A DNA stretch of 64,000 nucleotides, from the NCBI GenBank assembly GCA_038061755.1, contig JBBTYN010000002.1:15312-79311 (forward strand), given 5' to 3'. The position numbers and the translations under genes are program-made. Shown piece by piece: positions 18,616-28,941 of the stretch (positions are counted from its first letter, which is position 1; each line of letters opens with the position of its first letter). Origin of the DNA: Patescibacteria group bacterium. Lineage in GTDB: Bacteria; Patescibacteriota; Minisyncoccia; Phycocordibacterales; UBA9973. The notes below the pieces were generated by a model that saw only the letters and a program-made list of their open reading frames with translations, had not been told where the DNA came from and made no database searches.

Positions 18616-21600
18616 TTAATACGACACATCAAGGTTGTCCTCATTAGTTTTTAATGTCACTGCCACAAACCCCTGCTTTTTAGTTGTGGTAATATTCTTC
18701 CCAATTTTTTCTTTAATAATAGTTAAGTCAATAGCTTTTTTATAATTAAATGTATATTTTTCTACATTCTTAATTGTTATTTTTGTATCTAAATCAGTCA
18801 GAACTCCTTTCTTCTCTTGCCAATCATAAACTATATTAGTATTTGGAACGATTGTAATAATACCATTTCTGATTATTTTATTGTAAGAGAATTTAAGTTT
18901 TGTATTATTTTCTCTTAATTTAATAAAAGGAATTATTGTTGTATTTCCAGAATTGTCCGTAAGAGTTACAGATGTTTTTGTAATAATTATTGTTGGATTT
19001 TTATCTATTGCATCTTGCGCAGAGAAAACTACATCTTTGGTATTTATATTAAACGTTACTTGTAATTCTGGAGGATTTATATCATATACTGTTATCCCGT
19101 CTAGTGTAGCTTGTAATGTTTTATCTATTGTTCCATCTCCATTTTGATCAATTTTTAAATCAGTGTTTAATACTTCAGAATCAGGAGTAATATTCATTGT
19201 GGCTATAGTAGAAGATGAGGAGGGAATACCTTGAAATGAAGTTGATTCTGAAATAGAATTACCTTCCTGTTTTTCCACGTCTAGAGAAAAGCTACCCTGT
19301 TGATATCCTTGCATTTTCAGAGTATAAGAAATACCGGTAGGTATTGAAATAAATTGTACATCCCCTATTTTTTCATAATTTACACCCGGAATTTCTTGTT
19401 TAATTTCTTTAGTTATTGGATCCTCGCCTGTGTATCTACCTTGGGTATCCATAATTCCTAATGTAAGTGGTGAATGAAGGGTATAATGGAGACGAGGTTT
19501 GTTAGAAATTAAAGTTGAAGTATCGTTAACTAAAACATTATTCGTATCAATAAAAGTAGAATCTTTAATTTCAGAATTTATAAAATCAAGAAGATCTGAT
19601 ACTTCTAAGATGTCTCGATGAACTCTGTCTGGAATATTTTCTTCATTATATTTATTTAAATCCACCCACCATCTTTCGACATTTGGAGATTGTGACATCC
19701 ATAAAGCGCTTGGTACCACTACAACTCCATCTCCATCAATAACTTTACGAGGTTTATAGGAAAGATATTCATTTCCAGAAAAATCAACATATGCTTTGTA
19801 ATCTAATCCCACGGTTGTTTCTTCTCCCCATCCTGCAACTTGAATCACTTTCGTATTTGGTGACGGCTGCCAATTGTCAAGTATTTGGTGCACAGCTTGT
19901 GCTTGATCATATAAAGTATTATTACCATTATTTGGATGTACAGTATCACTAAAAGATGGTTTAATTCTGCTTTCTTCTGTTCCTAAAATATAATTTTTTA
20001 AATCAACTTCATCTGAAATATTTAATCCGTATATTGATTTTTGTAAATTAAAAAATAATTTATTTTCAAAAGTAATCAAATTTTCTGGAACAAATGGAAC
20101 TTGAGGCATTGTAAAATAACCAGCTGATGGTAAAAGATTATAAACAGAAGACATATTTTCAGAAAGCTGTCTTGATCTATCTGCTCTCATGATAAAGCCA
20201 AAAGGACCAATCTCTGAGCCATGTAATAAATTAATCACCGCGTCAGGTGTACCTACTTGCGGAACTGCAATCAATATAACCTTATCAATTTTATCATAAA
20301 GAGGATTATTAGTATCTTTTAATTTCTGAATTAAAGCTTTCGCGACCAAGCCTCCATTGGAATGAGCAATAATCGTAACCTTTCCAGATTTAGAACTTTT
20401 TTGTAGATCTTCTAACTTTTTAAAAATAAAAGACTCAGAAAAGTTTTGAAACGTATTGTACGAAATATTACCGTTAAAACTAGCTCCATTTGTAATAATA
20501 TCACCAAGAGAAAGTCTCCAATCATATGGAATAAAATCATAATCTGCAATAATTTTTTCATCATTTTTCCACTTTTTTAGATCACTAATAAAAGATTGAT
20601 ACATATTGAAGCTATATACATCGTCAACGATTCCTGTTTCATCTAATTCTCCATTATTTTTTGTATCATCTTTAGTATGGATAGTACTATTGATACTTTT
20701 TCCTTGATTATCTAATGCAAGATCAGCGTGATTTGAATCATTATGAGATACCCACAATTCTTTATCACCAGAACCGTCTTGTTCATATAATCTAGAACCC
20801 ATTATCCCAGGCAGAAAAAGAACATTAGAAAAACAATCCACAGTATATACTGTAACTAAAGGCTTCATCACCACTGTTCCATTTTCACCCGCCAGAACGC
20901 AACCATAGTAACAATATGTGCCAGCTAGAGCATTTGCCGTCCCAGAAAAGTCAAAAGTTTTATAATAAATTGCTATTCTTCCACCTGCCCCTCCGATTAA
21001 TCCATAAGGCCAAGAACTATTTCCACCATTTGCTTGGAAAGCACCAGTGCCACTTATTTTATTTGCATTTACATAAATACTGCCTCCACTAACTCTATCA
21101 TAATTTCCATTTGCTGAAACAATACCATCATTTTTAAAAATATTGTCTACCACCAAACGAATCGCACCACCACCACGACGACTCTCTGTTCCACTCCCAA
21201 AGTCTACAGGCTCTGTATCTGAACCATAAACAGGTTTCGCCATGGCGCCTCCGCCTTTTCCGCCATAACTCGCCCCAGCTTCATAAAATGTATCTGGAGT
21301 TCCAAGACCATTAATATATCCTTTTCCATCAGCAGAAATTGAAGAACCATTTTCAATATTAAGATTTGAAACTTTTAAAGAAAGTATTTTCTCAGGAATT
21401 ACAGTAATATTTGAATTTCCTAAAATGGAAACTAGGTTTGCATTAATAATCTCCCCACCTGAAAGAGTAAGTGTTGAAGTTTTATCAAGAATAATATCTT
21501 TGGCTGTTATATTTGCCCCATCCTCCGATGAAACCTTTGCGCCATTAGAAATATTTATATTATTTAAATTAAACGGGCTATCATTTTTTTGAAAACGCCA

Positions 21601-22431
21601 AGAATTATTCAAATAAAGATCATTAGATGATTCATCAAAAAGACCCACTGTGCCATTTTCACTGCAAGTCATGCTCCAGCCATCATAACTGCCACAGCCT
21701 CCTTTGGCTTCTGCTTTACCAGTAAATGAAGAATTTTCATAATAGAGAGCTACTCGTCCCCCACCACCAGGACTTTTATAATAAGAACCAAACATAAGAC
21801 CCCCGCCATTAGCGCGCAATACTCCACTTCCTACAATTTTTTTAGCAGTCACATAAATACTGCCACCACTGCTTGAAACATTTCCACCAGAAGAGACAAT
21901 GCCATTATTAGTAAAAGTATCAGAAACTACTATACGCATAGCTCCTCCGCCATAACCCACTCCACCACTTCCTAAGTCAGTGGGCTTTGTAGCTGATCCA
22001 TAAGTTTTTGAATATGTAGCAGCACCATTACTAAGTCCGCCATAACTCGCGCCAATACTATCATTAGATGAAGCTCCAGGACCTTGATTAGCGCCATATC
22101 CTTTGTTGTCGGCTGAGATAGACGCGCCGAAATTGATGGTGAGATTAACGGCATTAATTTTTACTCCCTTAAAAGCGCTTGAAGAAAGAGGATCGCCTAA
22201 AAGAATCAGCGTCGCGTTATTGGTTATCGTTAAATTATTAAAAAAATATTCCCCAGCCGGCAAAGAAATGTTTGAACTTAAGACTACTTCAGCTTCGTCC
22301 GCATCGTTAATTCCATTTCCGTTTAAGTCTAGCGGAGAAACAGCAATAGCTTTCGGAACAAAAAATACCCCACAAAACGCAAAATACAAAACAAAAAACG
22401 AAAACAAGAGAATCGATTTTTGTGGACGCAT
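18616..22431 (-). CDS. Giant secreted protein (1271 aa) with Gly-rich beta-repeat N-terminal region and LCAT/PGAP1-like alpha/beta-hydrolase (lipase) domain
   Basis: Signal peptide MRPQKSILLFSFFVLYFAFCGVFFVPKAIA; FLPGIMGSRL ... YDWR ... IIAHSNGGLV (GxSxG) diagnostic of LCAT-like lipase family. Confidence 0.7.
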   Translation of the reverse strand: MRPQKSILLFSFFVLYFAFCGVFFVPKAIAVSPLDLNGNGINDADEAEVVLSSNISLPAGEYFFNNLTITNNATLILLGDPLSSSAFKGVKINAVNLTINFGASISADNKGYGANQGPGASSNDSIGASYGGLSNGAATYSKTYGSATKPTDLGSGGVGYGGGAMRIVVSDTFTNNGIVSSGGNVSSSGGSIYVTAKKIVGSGVLRANGGGLMFGSYYKSPGGGGRVALYYENSSFTGKAEAKGGCGSYDGWSMTCSENGTVGLFDESSNDLYLNNSWRFQKNDSPFNLNNINISNGAKVSSEDGANITAKDIILDKTSTLTLSGGEIINANLVSILGNSNITVIPEKILSLKVSNLNIENGSSISADGKGYINGLGTPDTFYEAGASYGGKGGGAMAKPVYGSDTEPVDFGSGTESRRGGGAIRLVVDNIFKNDGIVSANGNYDRVSGGSIYVNANKISGTGAFQANGGNSSWPYGLIGGAGGRIAIYYKTFDFSGTANALAGTYCYYGCVLAGENGTVVMKPLVTVYTVDCFSNVLFLPGIMGSRLYEQDGSGDKELWVSHNDSNHADLALDNQGKSINSTIHTKDDTKNNGELDETGIVDDVYSFNMYQSFISDLKKWKNDEKIIADYDFIPYDWRLSLGDIITNGASFNGNISYNTFQNFSESFIFKKLEDLQKSSKSGKVTIIAHSNGGLVAKALIQKLKDTNNPLYDKIDKVILIAVPQVGTPDAVINLLHGSEIGPFGFIMRADRSRQLSENMSSVYNLLPSAGYFTMPQVPFVPENLITFENKLFFNLQKSIYGLNISDEVDLKNYILGTEESRIKPSFSDTVHPNNGNNTLYDQAQAVHQILDNWQPSPNTKVIQVAGWGEETTVGLDYKAYVDFSGNEYLSYKPRKVIDGDGVVVVPSALWMSQSPNVERWWVDLNKYNEENIPDRVHRDILEVSDLLDFINSEIKDSTFIDTNNVLVNDTSTLISNKPRLHYTLHSPLTLGIMDTQGRYTGEDPITKEIKQEIPGVNYEKIGDVQFISIPTGISYTLKMQGYQQGSFSLDVEKQEGNSISESTSFQGIPSSSSTIATMNITPDSEVLNTDLKIDQNGDGTIDKTLQATLDGITVYDINPPELQVTFNINTKDVVFSAQDAIDKNPTIIITKTSVTLTDNSGNTTIIPFIKLRENNTKLKFSYNKIIRNGIITIVPNTNIVYDWQEKKGVLTDLDTKITIKNVEKYTFNYKKAIDLTIIKEKIGKNITTTKKQGFVAVTLKTNEDNLDVSY

Positions 22432-22505
22432 ATAATTTAAAATTATTTATATGGTTTTATTATCTCATAGATTTTAAAGAAAAAGTACTTAAATGTGGAT
22501 AACTA

Positions 22506-24131
22506 CTATCTTAATCCAAGTTTTTCAAGTCTAGACGTGATCGCGCCTTTTTTTCTGCCAAATTTTTTTGTCAGGTCGGCTATTGAAATACCAGAACCGA
22601 ATAATTTTCTTAATTCCTCGTCTTGCTCTTTGCTCCATGGGCGATATGCATTTGGATGTTTTTCTCTAATTTCGGCAAAAGGTTTTGGGCGCGCCGAGTA
22701 CGGCGCGCTATCTTTTTTTTCTTCCTCATTTTTCTGATTTTTAATTTTCCCTCCACAAGTAATTACAAAATCATCATGCATTTTTTTGAGATTGGTTACA
22801 GAAAGTTTACCAAAAACTTTTATCGCCTCAATAGATTTATTTTTAAAATCAACATCTTTTTCTAAAATTTCTGGGTGCACTTTAAACGCATGCTCATTAA
22901 TGCCAAGCAGATAAAGACCCGAGAGCCTGCGCACCCGAGAGAGCGCCACATAACCTTGTCCAAATTCAAACACTTGCGACAAATCCATTACTGCCGCATC
23001 CATGCTCATCCCCTGACTCTTATGCACTGTAATAGCCCAAGCCAATCGAAGCGGAACCTGCGTTATTTGTGCGCGAACTTTTCCATTTTCTTCCACCATC
23101 CAATCCGCGGGCGGGATAATTATTTTTCGTTCATTTCTAGTTTTAATAACTGGATACCCGCTAAATTCTTCAAAACCGGTCACCACTCCAAGCGTACCAT
23201 TCACAAATCTTTCTTTTTGATTATTTTTGGTGCACATCACCACCGCGCCGATTTTAAGTTCTAAATTCTCTGGCGACAAGCATCCTTTCTTGAGCGTCTC
23301 CACCACTTTTTCATTTCCGCTCCCAGACATTTTAAATAATTTTACTTCTTCCTTTATTTTCGCAAGCTCAATATTGTTTACCCGATCTACATCCATATTA
23401 TGTGAAAAAAGTTTAGTAATATTTACAATCTCTTCTCCCATATCATCAAGGTCAATCTGCCGAGTATTTATAAATTTTCTATGGATTGGAGAAAAATTAT
23501 TCGCGCGGATGCCAGAGAGCACGGCAAGAAAATCTTTATCATCTTGGCGATGCTGTTCAGTTAAGTAACAAACAAATAAATGCGCCCTCTCCCAAGCCCC
23601 ACTTTCATAAGCAAAAATTCCCACAGGTCCGACCTGTGGAATAAGTGAACTTTGTTTATTTTTATTCTGATTATTTTCTTTGTCCTCTCTTCTAATAATC
23701 GGTGGCAATTGAAAAAAATCACCAACCAAAACAATCTGGATCCCGCCAAATGGTTCATCATTTTGTTTTATTTCCCGACAAACCAGATCCACCATATCAA
23801 GCATATTAGAAGAAAGCATAGAAATCTCATCAATAATCAAAACCCGAGTCCGATTGACACGCTTGCAAATATATTCACTGCTCGCAATTTTATCTAAATC
23901 ATATTTATCTAATTTTGTTCGAATACCGATACCGCTCCAAGAATGAATCGTCATCCCACCGATATGCGTCGCGGCAATACCCGTCGAAGCAGTAATCGCA
24001 GGCTCCACGTCGCAAGTACGCAAATAATTCACAAAATTATTTATCGTGTGTGTTTTCCCTGCCCCCGGTTCGCCCGTCAAAAAAACATTCGCGCCAGTTT
24101 TTAAAATATTTAAAGCTTCACTTTGAGTCAC
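22506..24131 (-). CDS. Pif1/RecD-family ATP-dependent DNA helicase with C-terminal HTH-like tail
   Basis: Walker A GEPGAGKTH, GMTIHSWSGIG, LIIDEISML, Pif1-like motif order. Confidence 0.65.
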   Translation of the reverse strand: MTQSEALNILKTGANVFLTGEPGAGKTHTINNFVNYLRTCDVEPAITASTGIAATHIGGMTIHSWSGIGIRTKLDKYDLDKIASSEYICKRVNRTRVLIIDEISMLSSNMLDMVDLVCREIKQNDEPFGGIQIVLVGDFFQLPPIIRREDKENNQNKNKQSSLIPQVGPVGIFAYESGAWERAHLFVCYLTEQHRQDDKDFLAVLSGIRANNFSPIHRKFINTRQIDLDDMGEEIVNITKLFSHNMDVDRVNNIELAKIKEEVKLFKMSGSGNEKVVETLKKGCLSPENLELKIGAVVMCTKNNQKERFVNGTLGVVTGFEEFSGYPVIKTRNERKIIIPPADWMVEENGKVRAQITQVPLRLAWAITVHKSQGMSMDAAVMDLSQVFEFGQGYVALSRVRRLSGLYLLGINEHAFKVHPEILEKDVDFKNKSIEAIKVFGKLSVTNLKKMHDDFVITCGGKIKNQKNEEEKKDSAPYSARPKPFAEIREKHPNAYRPWSKEQDEELRKLFGSGISIADLTKKFGRKKGAITSRLEKLGLR

Positions 24132-24142
24132 GCCTTATTCTA

Positions 24143-25894
24143 CTACATTTTCTTTGGCGCCACGATGCCGAGAAGATACAACCCATTTTTCATTACAAAA
24201 GAAAACGCATAAGTCAGAGCAATTTTATAAGAAGAAGTTTTGTCTTCTTTATCCACTATCATCGTATTGCCATAAAAACTGTTAAAAGCGCGAGCAACTT
24301 CTATTAAATAATTCGCAATATGATGAGGTTCGTATAGAGATGCGGAACGCAACACAATTTCCGGAAATTTATATAATAATTTTTCCACTTCAAAAATTTC
24401 AGACGAAAAAGCATGCGGGTCTGGCAAAATATTTTCTTTTTGCGCTTTTTCTAAAACTGAATTTGCACGAGCATAAGAATATTGAAGGTATGGTCCTGAA
24501 TCCCCCTCAAAAGAAATTGATTTTTCAAAATCGTAAATAATATCTCCACCAATCCCTTGTTTAAGGATAGAATATTTTAATGCAGAAACACTTACTTCAT
24601 TTGCCACCTTCTCTTCTTTCTCTGGAGAAAAATTTCTGTCTGTCATTTTCTCTAAAATAGCGTCTCGAGCGTCATTTAATAGTGATTCACCAGTTATCAC
24701 GTTCCCTTTTCTAGACCCCATCTTACCAGAAGCGAGGCGCATCATCCCATGCGTAATGTGTCTCATCTTTGCCGCATGTTCCGGATGAATCAAGAAAATA
24801 ACCTTCATCACAACGCGCATATAATCCATTTGCTCATTTGCGGTAACCATAATAGACAAATCCATTTCTGGATAAGTTTTAAATTTTTCTTCTGTCAATC
24901 CAAGCTCTTTGGTTTCATAGGTTGGTAACCCCTGCGAAGTAATGAAAACTCTAGTGTGCAATTTTGGATCGTATTTTTCTGCTTTAAAAACAATAGCGCC
25001 ATCAGATTCTTCGAAAATCTTACCAATATTTCCATTAACAATATCTTGTCCAATATCCGCCATTACGCTTTCCAAAAAATAAAAATCAAACTTTGTGCCA
25101 AGTATTTTATATAAATCTTCAAAAGCCTCCATTGTTACCCTAAAACCCCAATCATATATTTCATTTATTTTTTTGTCTTTTTTGTTATCACTTTTTATAT
25201 AAAGTTTTTTATTTATTTCATCTATTTCTTTTTTTGCTTTTTCATCAATTTCATAAAGCTCTGCTCCACTAGCATAAGCCCGCCCTATATTTGATGCTTG
25301 TAGAGCATTTGATCCTGCCTTGCTTTGCAATTTTTCATTTTCCAAAAGTCCATAAATAGCTTTAGCTACATGCAGACCAAGATCTCCCTGATAATTAGCC
25401 CGAACAACTTCTGCCCCAGAAAATTCAACGAGGCGAGATATTGATTCACCAATAACATTACTCATAAGATGCCCAATATGAAAAGGCTTAAAAGGATTTG
25501 GATCTGTATATTCCACCATTATTTTTTTCCCTTCTAATAAGTTATTTTTCCCAAAACTTTCCGCACTATTTAAAATTTCTTCAACACTATTTGCAAAAAA
25601 TTTTCGAGATAAATAAAAATTAATAAAACCATTGCCAGCAATTTCTACTTTTTCAATATTTTTATCAAGATTTAATCTAATTATTTCAGTAATTATTTTT
25701 TCTGCTAATTCTTTAGGATTTCTCTCAACACCTTTTCCTATAGCTAAGGCCACGTTCGTAGAATAATCTCCATTCTTCAAATCTTCCGGGTGTTCAAGAA
25801 CAATATTATTAACTTCTATGTTGAGATTTTTAAGCGCATCTTTTATTAAATTTTTTATTTCTTGCTCCATCTTATTTTTTTCCAGTGCTTCCAA
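24143..25894 (-). CDS. argS: Arginyl-tRNA synthetase
   Basis: N-terminal Arg_tRNA_synt_N-like region, PFHIGHLMSNVIG (HIGH), class I fold, C-terminal DALR-like domain. Confidence 0.85.
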   Translation of the reverse strand: MEALEKNKMEQEIKNLIKDALKNLNIEVNNIVLEHPEDLKNGDYSTNVALAIGKGVERNPKELAEKIITEIIRLNLDKNIEKVEIAGNGFINFYLSRKFFANSVEEILNSAESFGKNNLLEGKKIMVEYTDPNPFKPFHIGHLMSNVIGESISRLVEFSGAEVVRANYQGDLGLHVAKAIYGLLENEKLQSKAGSNALQASNIGRAYASGAELYEIDEKAKKEIDEINKKLYIKSDNKKDKKINEIYDWGFRVTMEAFEDLYKILGTKFDFYFLESVMADIGQDIVNGNIGKIFEESDGAIVFKAEKYDPKLHTRVFITSQGLPTYETKELGLTEEKFKTYPEMDLSIMVTANEQMDYMRVVMKVIFLIHPEHAAKMRHITHGMMRLASGKMGSRKGNVITGESLLNDARDAILEKMTDRNFSPEKEEKVANEVSVSALKYSILKQGIGGDIIYDFEKSISFEGDSGPYLQYSYARANSVLEKAQKENILPDPHAFSSEIFEVEKLLYKFPEIVLRSASLYEPHHIANYLIEVARAFNSFYGNTMIVDKEDKTSSYKIALTYAFSFVMKNGLYLLGIVAPKKM

Positions 25895-26294
25895 ACTTTC
25901 CTTCCCCGCGAGCCGACTCGCTTAATTTATTGACCTCTTTTAATTTTGCAATAATTACAGGCATAATCACAAGCTGTGAAACTTTATCCCCTTCCTCAAA
26001 AGTATACGGCTTATTGGATAAATTTACCAATAAAGTATTGTATTCACCTCTATATCCCGCATCAAAAACTCCACCCATGTGATTAAAACCTTCTTTTGAA
26101 ATACTAGATTTATCCATAACAATAGCTGTATATCCTTTAGGAAATTCTAGAGCGAATCCATGCCAAAATCTATAATGCTCGCCCGGTTTTACTGTCACCG
26201 TTTCAATAGCATATAAATCCATCCCCACATCTCCAGAATGATGATATTTCGGCAACTTCGCATTTTCTTTTAATTTTTTAACTTTGATTATCAT
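25872..26294 (-). CDS. dut: dUTP diphosphatase
   Basis: SGDVGMDL, GVFDAGYRGE motifs of trimeric dUTPase. Confidence 0.82.
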   Translation of the reverse strand: MIIKVKKLKENAKLPKYHHSGDVGMDLYAIETVTVKPGEHYRFWHGFALEFPKGYTAIVMDKSSISKEGFNHMGGVFDAGYRGEYNTLLVNLSNKPYTFEEGDKVSQLVIMPVIIAKLKEVNKLSESARGEGKFGSTGKK

Positions 26295-26298
26295 TCTT

Positions 26299-27003
26299 TT
26301 ATTTCATAACTTTTTTAATCTTCTCATAAATTTTATTATGAATATTTTCACGAGTATCCATTTCACCATCTTTTACACATTCAATTTTAATCCAACCTTT
26401 CTGCGTCTTCGCTAGCCAAAGGGCACTCTTGCGAGAATTCTCTAAGAATTTAACGTCTTTTTCATGCACATCCTGCTTCTTGCCTAAATATTTTCTCTTG
26501 CCGTTTTTATTGCCGTTGCCATTTCTTTCTTTAATTAATTGCAAAACAATATCTGTCGGCACACTTAAATAAAATACAGCATCTGGCTTTGGAATTTTAA
26601 AAACTTCATATTCCATTTCAGCGAGCCATTTCAAAAAGCTTTCTCTTTTCTTTGTATCAGCAATTTTACCACCCTGATGAATCTGGTTAGCGCTGGCATA
26701 TCTATCAGCAATAACAATATTTCCATCTTTCAGCCAATTTTCAATTTTCTTACTTGATTCAAAGCGATCTGCCGCATAAAGAACAGACGCAATTTTCGGA
26801 TGTACTTTCACAAAATTATAATACTGCTCAGACAAACAATGCCCAATGAATTTACCAAAGAAATTTTTATAGTATTCTGGAAAATCCAAAAGTTTCACCG
26901 TATAACCTTCTTTTACCAATCGTACACGCAAGAGCTTAACCTGTGTAGCCTTCCCACTTCCATCTGTACCATCTATAACTATGAGTTTGCCCTTTTTTGC
27001 CAT
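26299..27003 (-). CDS. tmk: Thymidylate kinase-like nucleoside monophosphate kinase
   Basis: IVIDGTDGSGKATQ P-loop and ADRY lid-region pattern. Confidence 0.7.
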   Translation of the reverse strand: MAKKGKLIVIDGTDGSGKATQVKLLRVRLVKEGYTVKLLDFPEYYKNFFGKFIGHCLSEQYYNFVKVHPKIASVLYAADRFESSKKIENWLKDGNIVIADRYASANQIHQGGKIADTKKRESFLKWLAEMEYEVFKIPKPDAVFYLSVPTDIVLQLIKERNGNGNKNGKRKYLGKKQDVHEKDVKFLENSRKSALWLAKTQKGWIKIECVKDGEMDTRENIHNKIYEKIKKVMK

Positions 27004-27007
27004 TTTT

Positions 27008-27709
27008 TTATTTAGCCTCTCTTAAAGACTCCATTTCAAATGAATTTATCAAAATGTCATCATCCACATTTACTAAATAAGCCAAAGCTTTAGCTGGTTT
27101 TTCAACCGGCATGGCCATATTAAAATTATTTTTATGATCCCCTGCTTTTTCAAAAAGATCAGTATGAATAAAACCAGGATAAAATCCCACAACACTGATG
27201 TTAAAAGGAGCAAGTTCTATTTGTAAACATTTAGTAAAGCCAGTTACCGCCCATTTTGAAGCATTGTAAACAGAACGTTCAGATCTTGCATTAAGACCAG
27301 CCCTTGAACTAATATTTATAATTCTTCCGTATTTTTGTTTTTTTAATTGTGGAACCAATGCATTCGCAACTAAAAAAGTTCCAAGTGTATTTACCAAAAG
27401 AGCATTTTTTATTTCTTTCGGACTATTTTCCTCAATTGGGCCCTTAATCCAAACTCCAGCACAATTTATTAAACAATCAATTTTTTTATATTTTTTAATA
27501 ACTTGCGAAAATGAATTTTTTATTTGCTCAGCGTCTGTAACGTCACAAATAATACCATCGCACTTTAATTCTTTAGCAGTTTTCTCTACTTCTTTAATAT
27601 TTTTACCTAAAATTACAACATAATTTTGGGAAGATAAAATTTTAGCTGTGGCTTTTCCTAACCCACCGTTTCCGCCTGTTATTACAATTACTTTTTTGTT
27701 TGACTTCAT
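27008..27709 (-). CDS. Short-chain dehydrogenase/reductase (SDR) family oxidoreductase
   Basis: VIVITGGNGGLGKA Rossmann motif; YNASK catalytic motif. Confidence 0.75.
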   Translation of the reverse strand: MKSNKKVIVITGGNGGLGKATAKILSSQNYVVILGKNIKEVEKTAKELKCDGIICDVTDAEQIKNSFSQVIKKYKKIDCLINCAGVWIKGPIEENSPKEIKNALLVNTLGTFLVANALVPQLKKQKYGRIINISSRAGLNARSERSVYNASKWAVTGFTKCLQIELAPFNISVVGFYPGFIHTDLFEKAGDHKNNFNMAMPVEKPAKALAYLVNVDDDILINSFEMESLREAK

Positions 27710-27712
27710 ATT

Positions 27713-28903
27713 TTATTTCTTCCCCTTTAAAACTTTATCAATTTTTCTGGCAATCATAATCATATCTTTCTCTTTTCTACCACGAGTTGTTTCGGCTGGA
27801 GTGCCGATACGAATACCAGAAGGATCAAATGGTGAACGAGTTTCACCCGGAATAGTATTTTTATTGCAAATAATTCCAGCTTTTTCAAGTTTGGCTTCAG
27901 CTTCTTTTCCAGAAATACCTTTTCCATCCATCCAAGTATCCACTAAAATAAGATGCGATTCTGTTCCTCCAGAAACAATTCTCCAACCTAAACGAGTAAG
28001 CTCGAGAGCCAATACTTTTGCATTCTTGATCACTTGTTTTGCATATTTTTTAAATGCTGGTGAATCGTCTTCTTTGAGGGCGACGGCAATTCCGGCAATC
28101 TGCCCCATATGCGGACCTCCCTGCAAACCTGGAAAAATCGCTTTATCAATTAAAACTGAAATATCTTTATCGTCTAATTTTTTATCTTTTCTGGAAAAAA
28201 TAATTGCGCCTCTGGGACCACGGAGAGTTTTATGGGTAGTTGTAGTAACTATGTCTGCATATTTAAAAGGTGTCGGATAAGCTTCGCCCGCTACCAATCC
28301 AGCAAAATGAGACATGTCCACCATTAAATACGCTCCACAAGCATCAGCCGCTTCACGACACTTTTTAAAATCAACAATTCTAGGATACGCTGTAAAACCA
28401 ACAATTATTAACTTCGGCTTTTCTCTAATGGCATCTTCTTTCATTTTTTCATAATCAATGAGTTCAGTTTTTAAATCTATACCAATAGGCACTTGCTCCC
28501 ACATCTTGCCAGTAATAGAAACTTTCTGACCATGAGTCAAATGTCCGCCAGAAGAAAGAGGTAATCCCATCACCTTGCCACCTTTTGGCACAAGAGCAAG
28601 ATATACAGCTAAATTTGCCGGTGATCCTGAAAGTGGCTGAACATTTACATGCCATAAATCTTTTTTTAATTTGAAAAGTTTTAAAGCTCTATCTTGGCAA
28701 AGAGTCTCGAGCTCATCTATATATCTCTGCCCTCCATAATATCGAGCATAGGGATATCCTTCTGCATATTTATTGTCAAAAATAGAACCAAGCGCTGTCA
28801 AAACATCTTTAGAAACATAGTTTTCTGAGGGAATAAGATTAATCACACTTTTTTGTCTCTTTGTTTCATTTTCAATAAGACTCTCAATTTTTTTATCTCT
28901 CAT
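27713..28903 (-). CDS. glyA: Serine hydroxymethyltransferase
   Basis: LIPSENY, PLP-lysine region TTTTHKTLRGPRG. Confidence 0.92.
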   Translation of the reverse strand: MRDKKIESLIENETKRQKSVINLIPSENYVSKDVLTALGSIFDNKYAEGYPYARYYGGQRYIDELETLCQDRALKLFKLKKDLWHVNVQPLSGSPANLAVYLALVPKGGKVMGLPLSSGGHLTHGQKVSITGKMWEQVPIGIDLKTELIDYEKMKEDAIREKPKLIIVGFTAYPRIVDFKKCREAADACGAYLMVDMSHFAGLVAGEAYPTPFKYADIVTTTTHKTLRGPRGAIIFSRKDKKLDDKDISVLIDKAIFPGLQGGPHMGQIAGIAVALKEDDSPAFKKYAKQVIKNAKVLALELTRLGWRIVSGGTESHLILVDTWMDGKGISGKEAEAKLEKAGIICNKNTIPGETRSPFDPSGIRIGTPAETTRGRKEKDMIMIARKIDKVLKGKK

Positions 28904-28941
28904 AAACCAAATTGTAACACTATTATTTTATTTTTACAAAA

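Noticed and set aside
22486-22495. Perfect DnaA-box 9-mers TGTGGATAA at 22486, 43548 and 46420
   Set aside because: Three matches in 64 kb is only modestly above chance. They are dispersed rather than clustered, and no dnaA/dnaN or AT-rich unwinding element is adjacent, so this is not oriC.
27648-28280. 210-aa plus-strand ORF
   Set aside because: It lies entirely antisense to glyA and the SDR gene, both of which have strong conserved motifs. The product is low-complexity and Pro/Ser-rich, so it is a shadow ORF.
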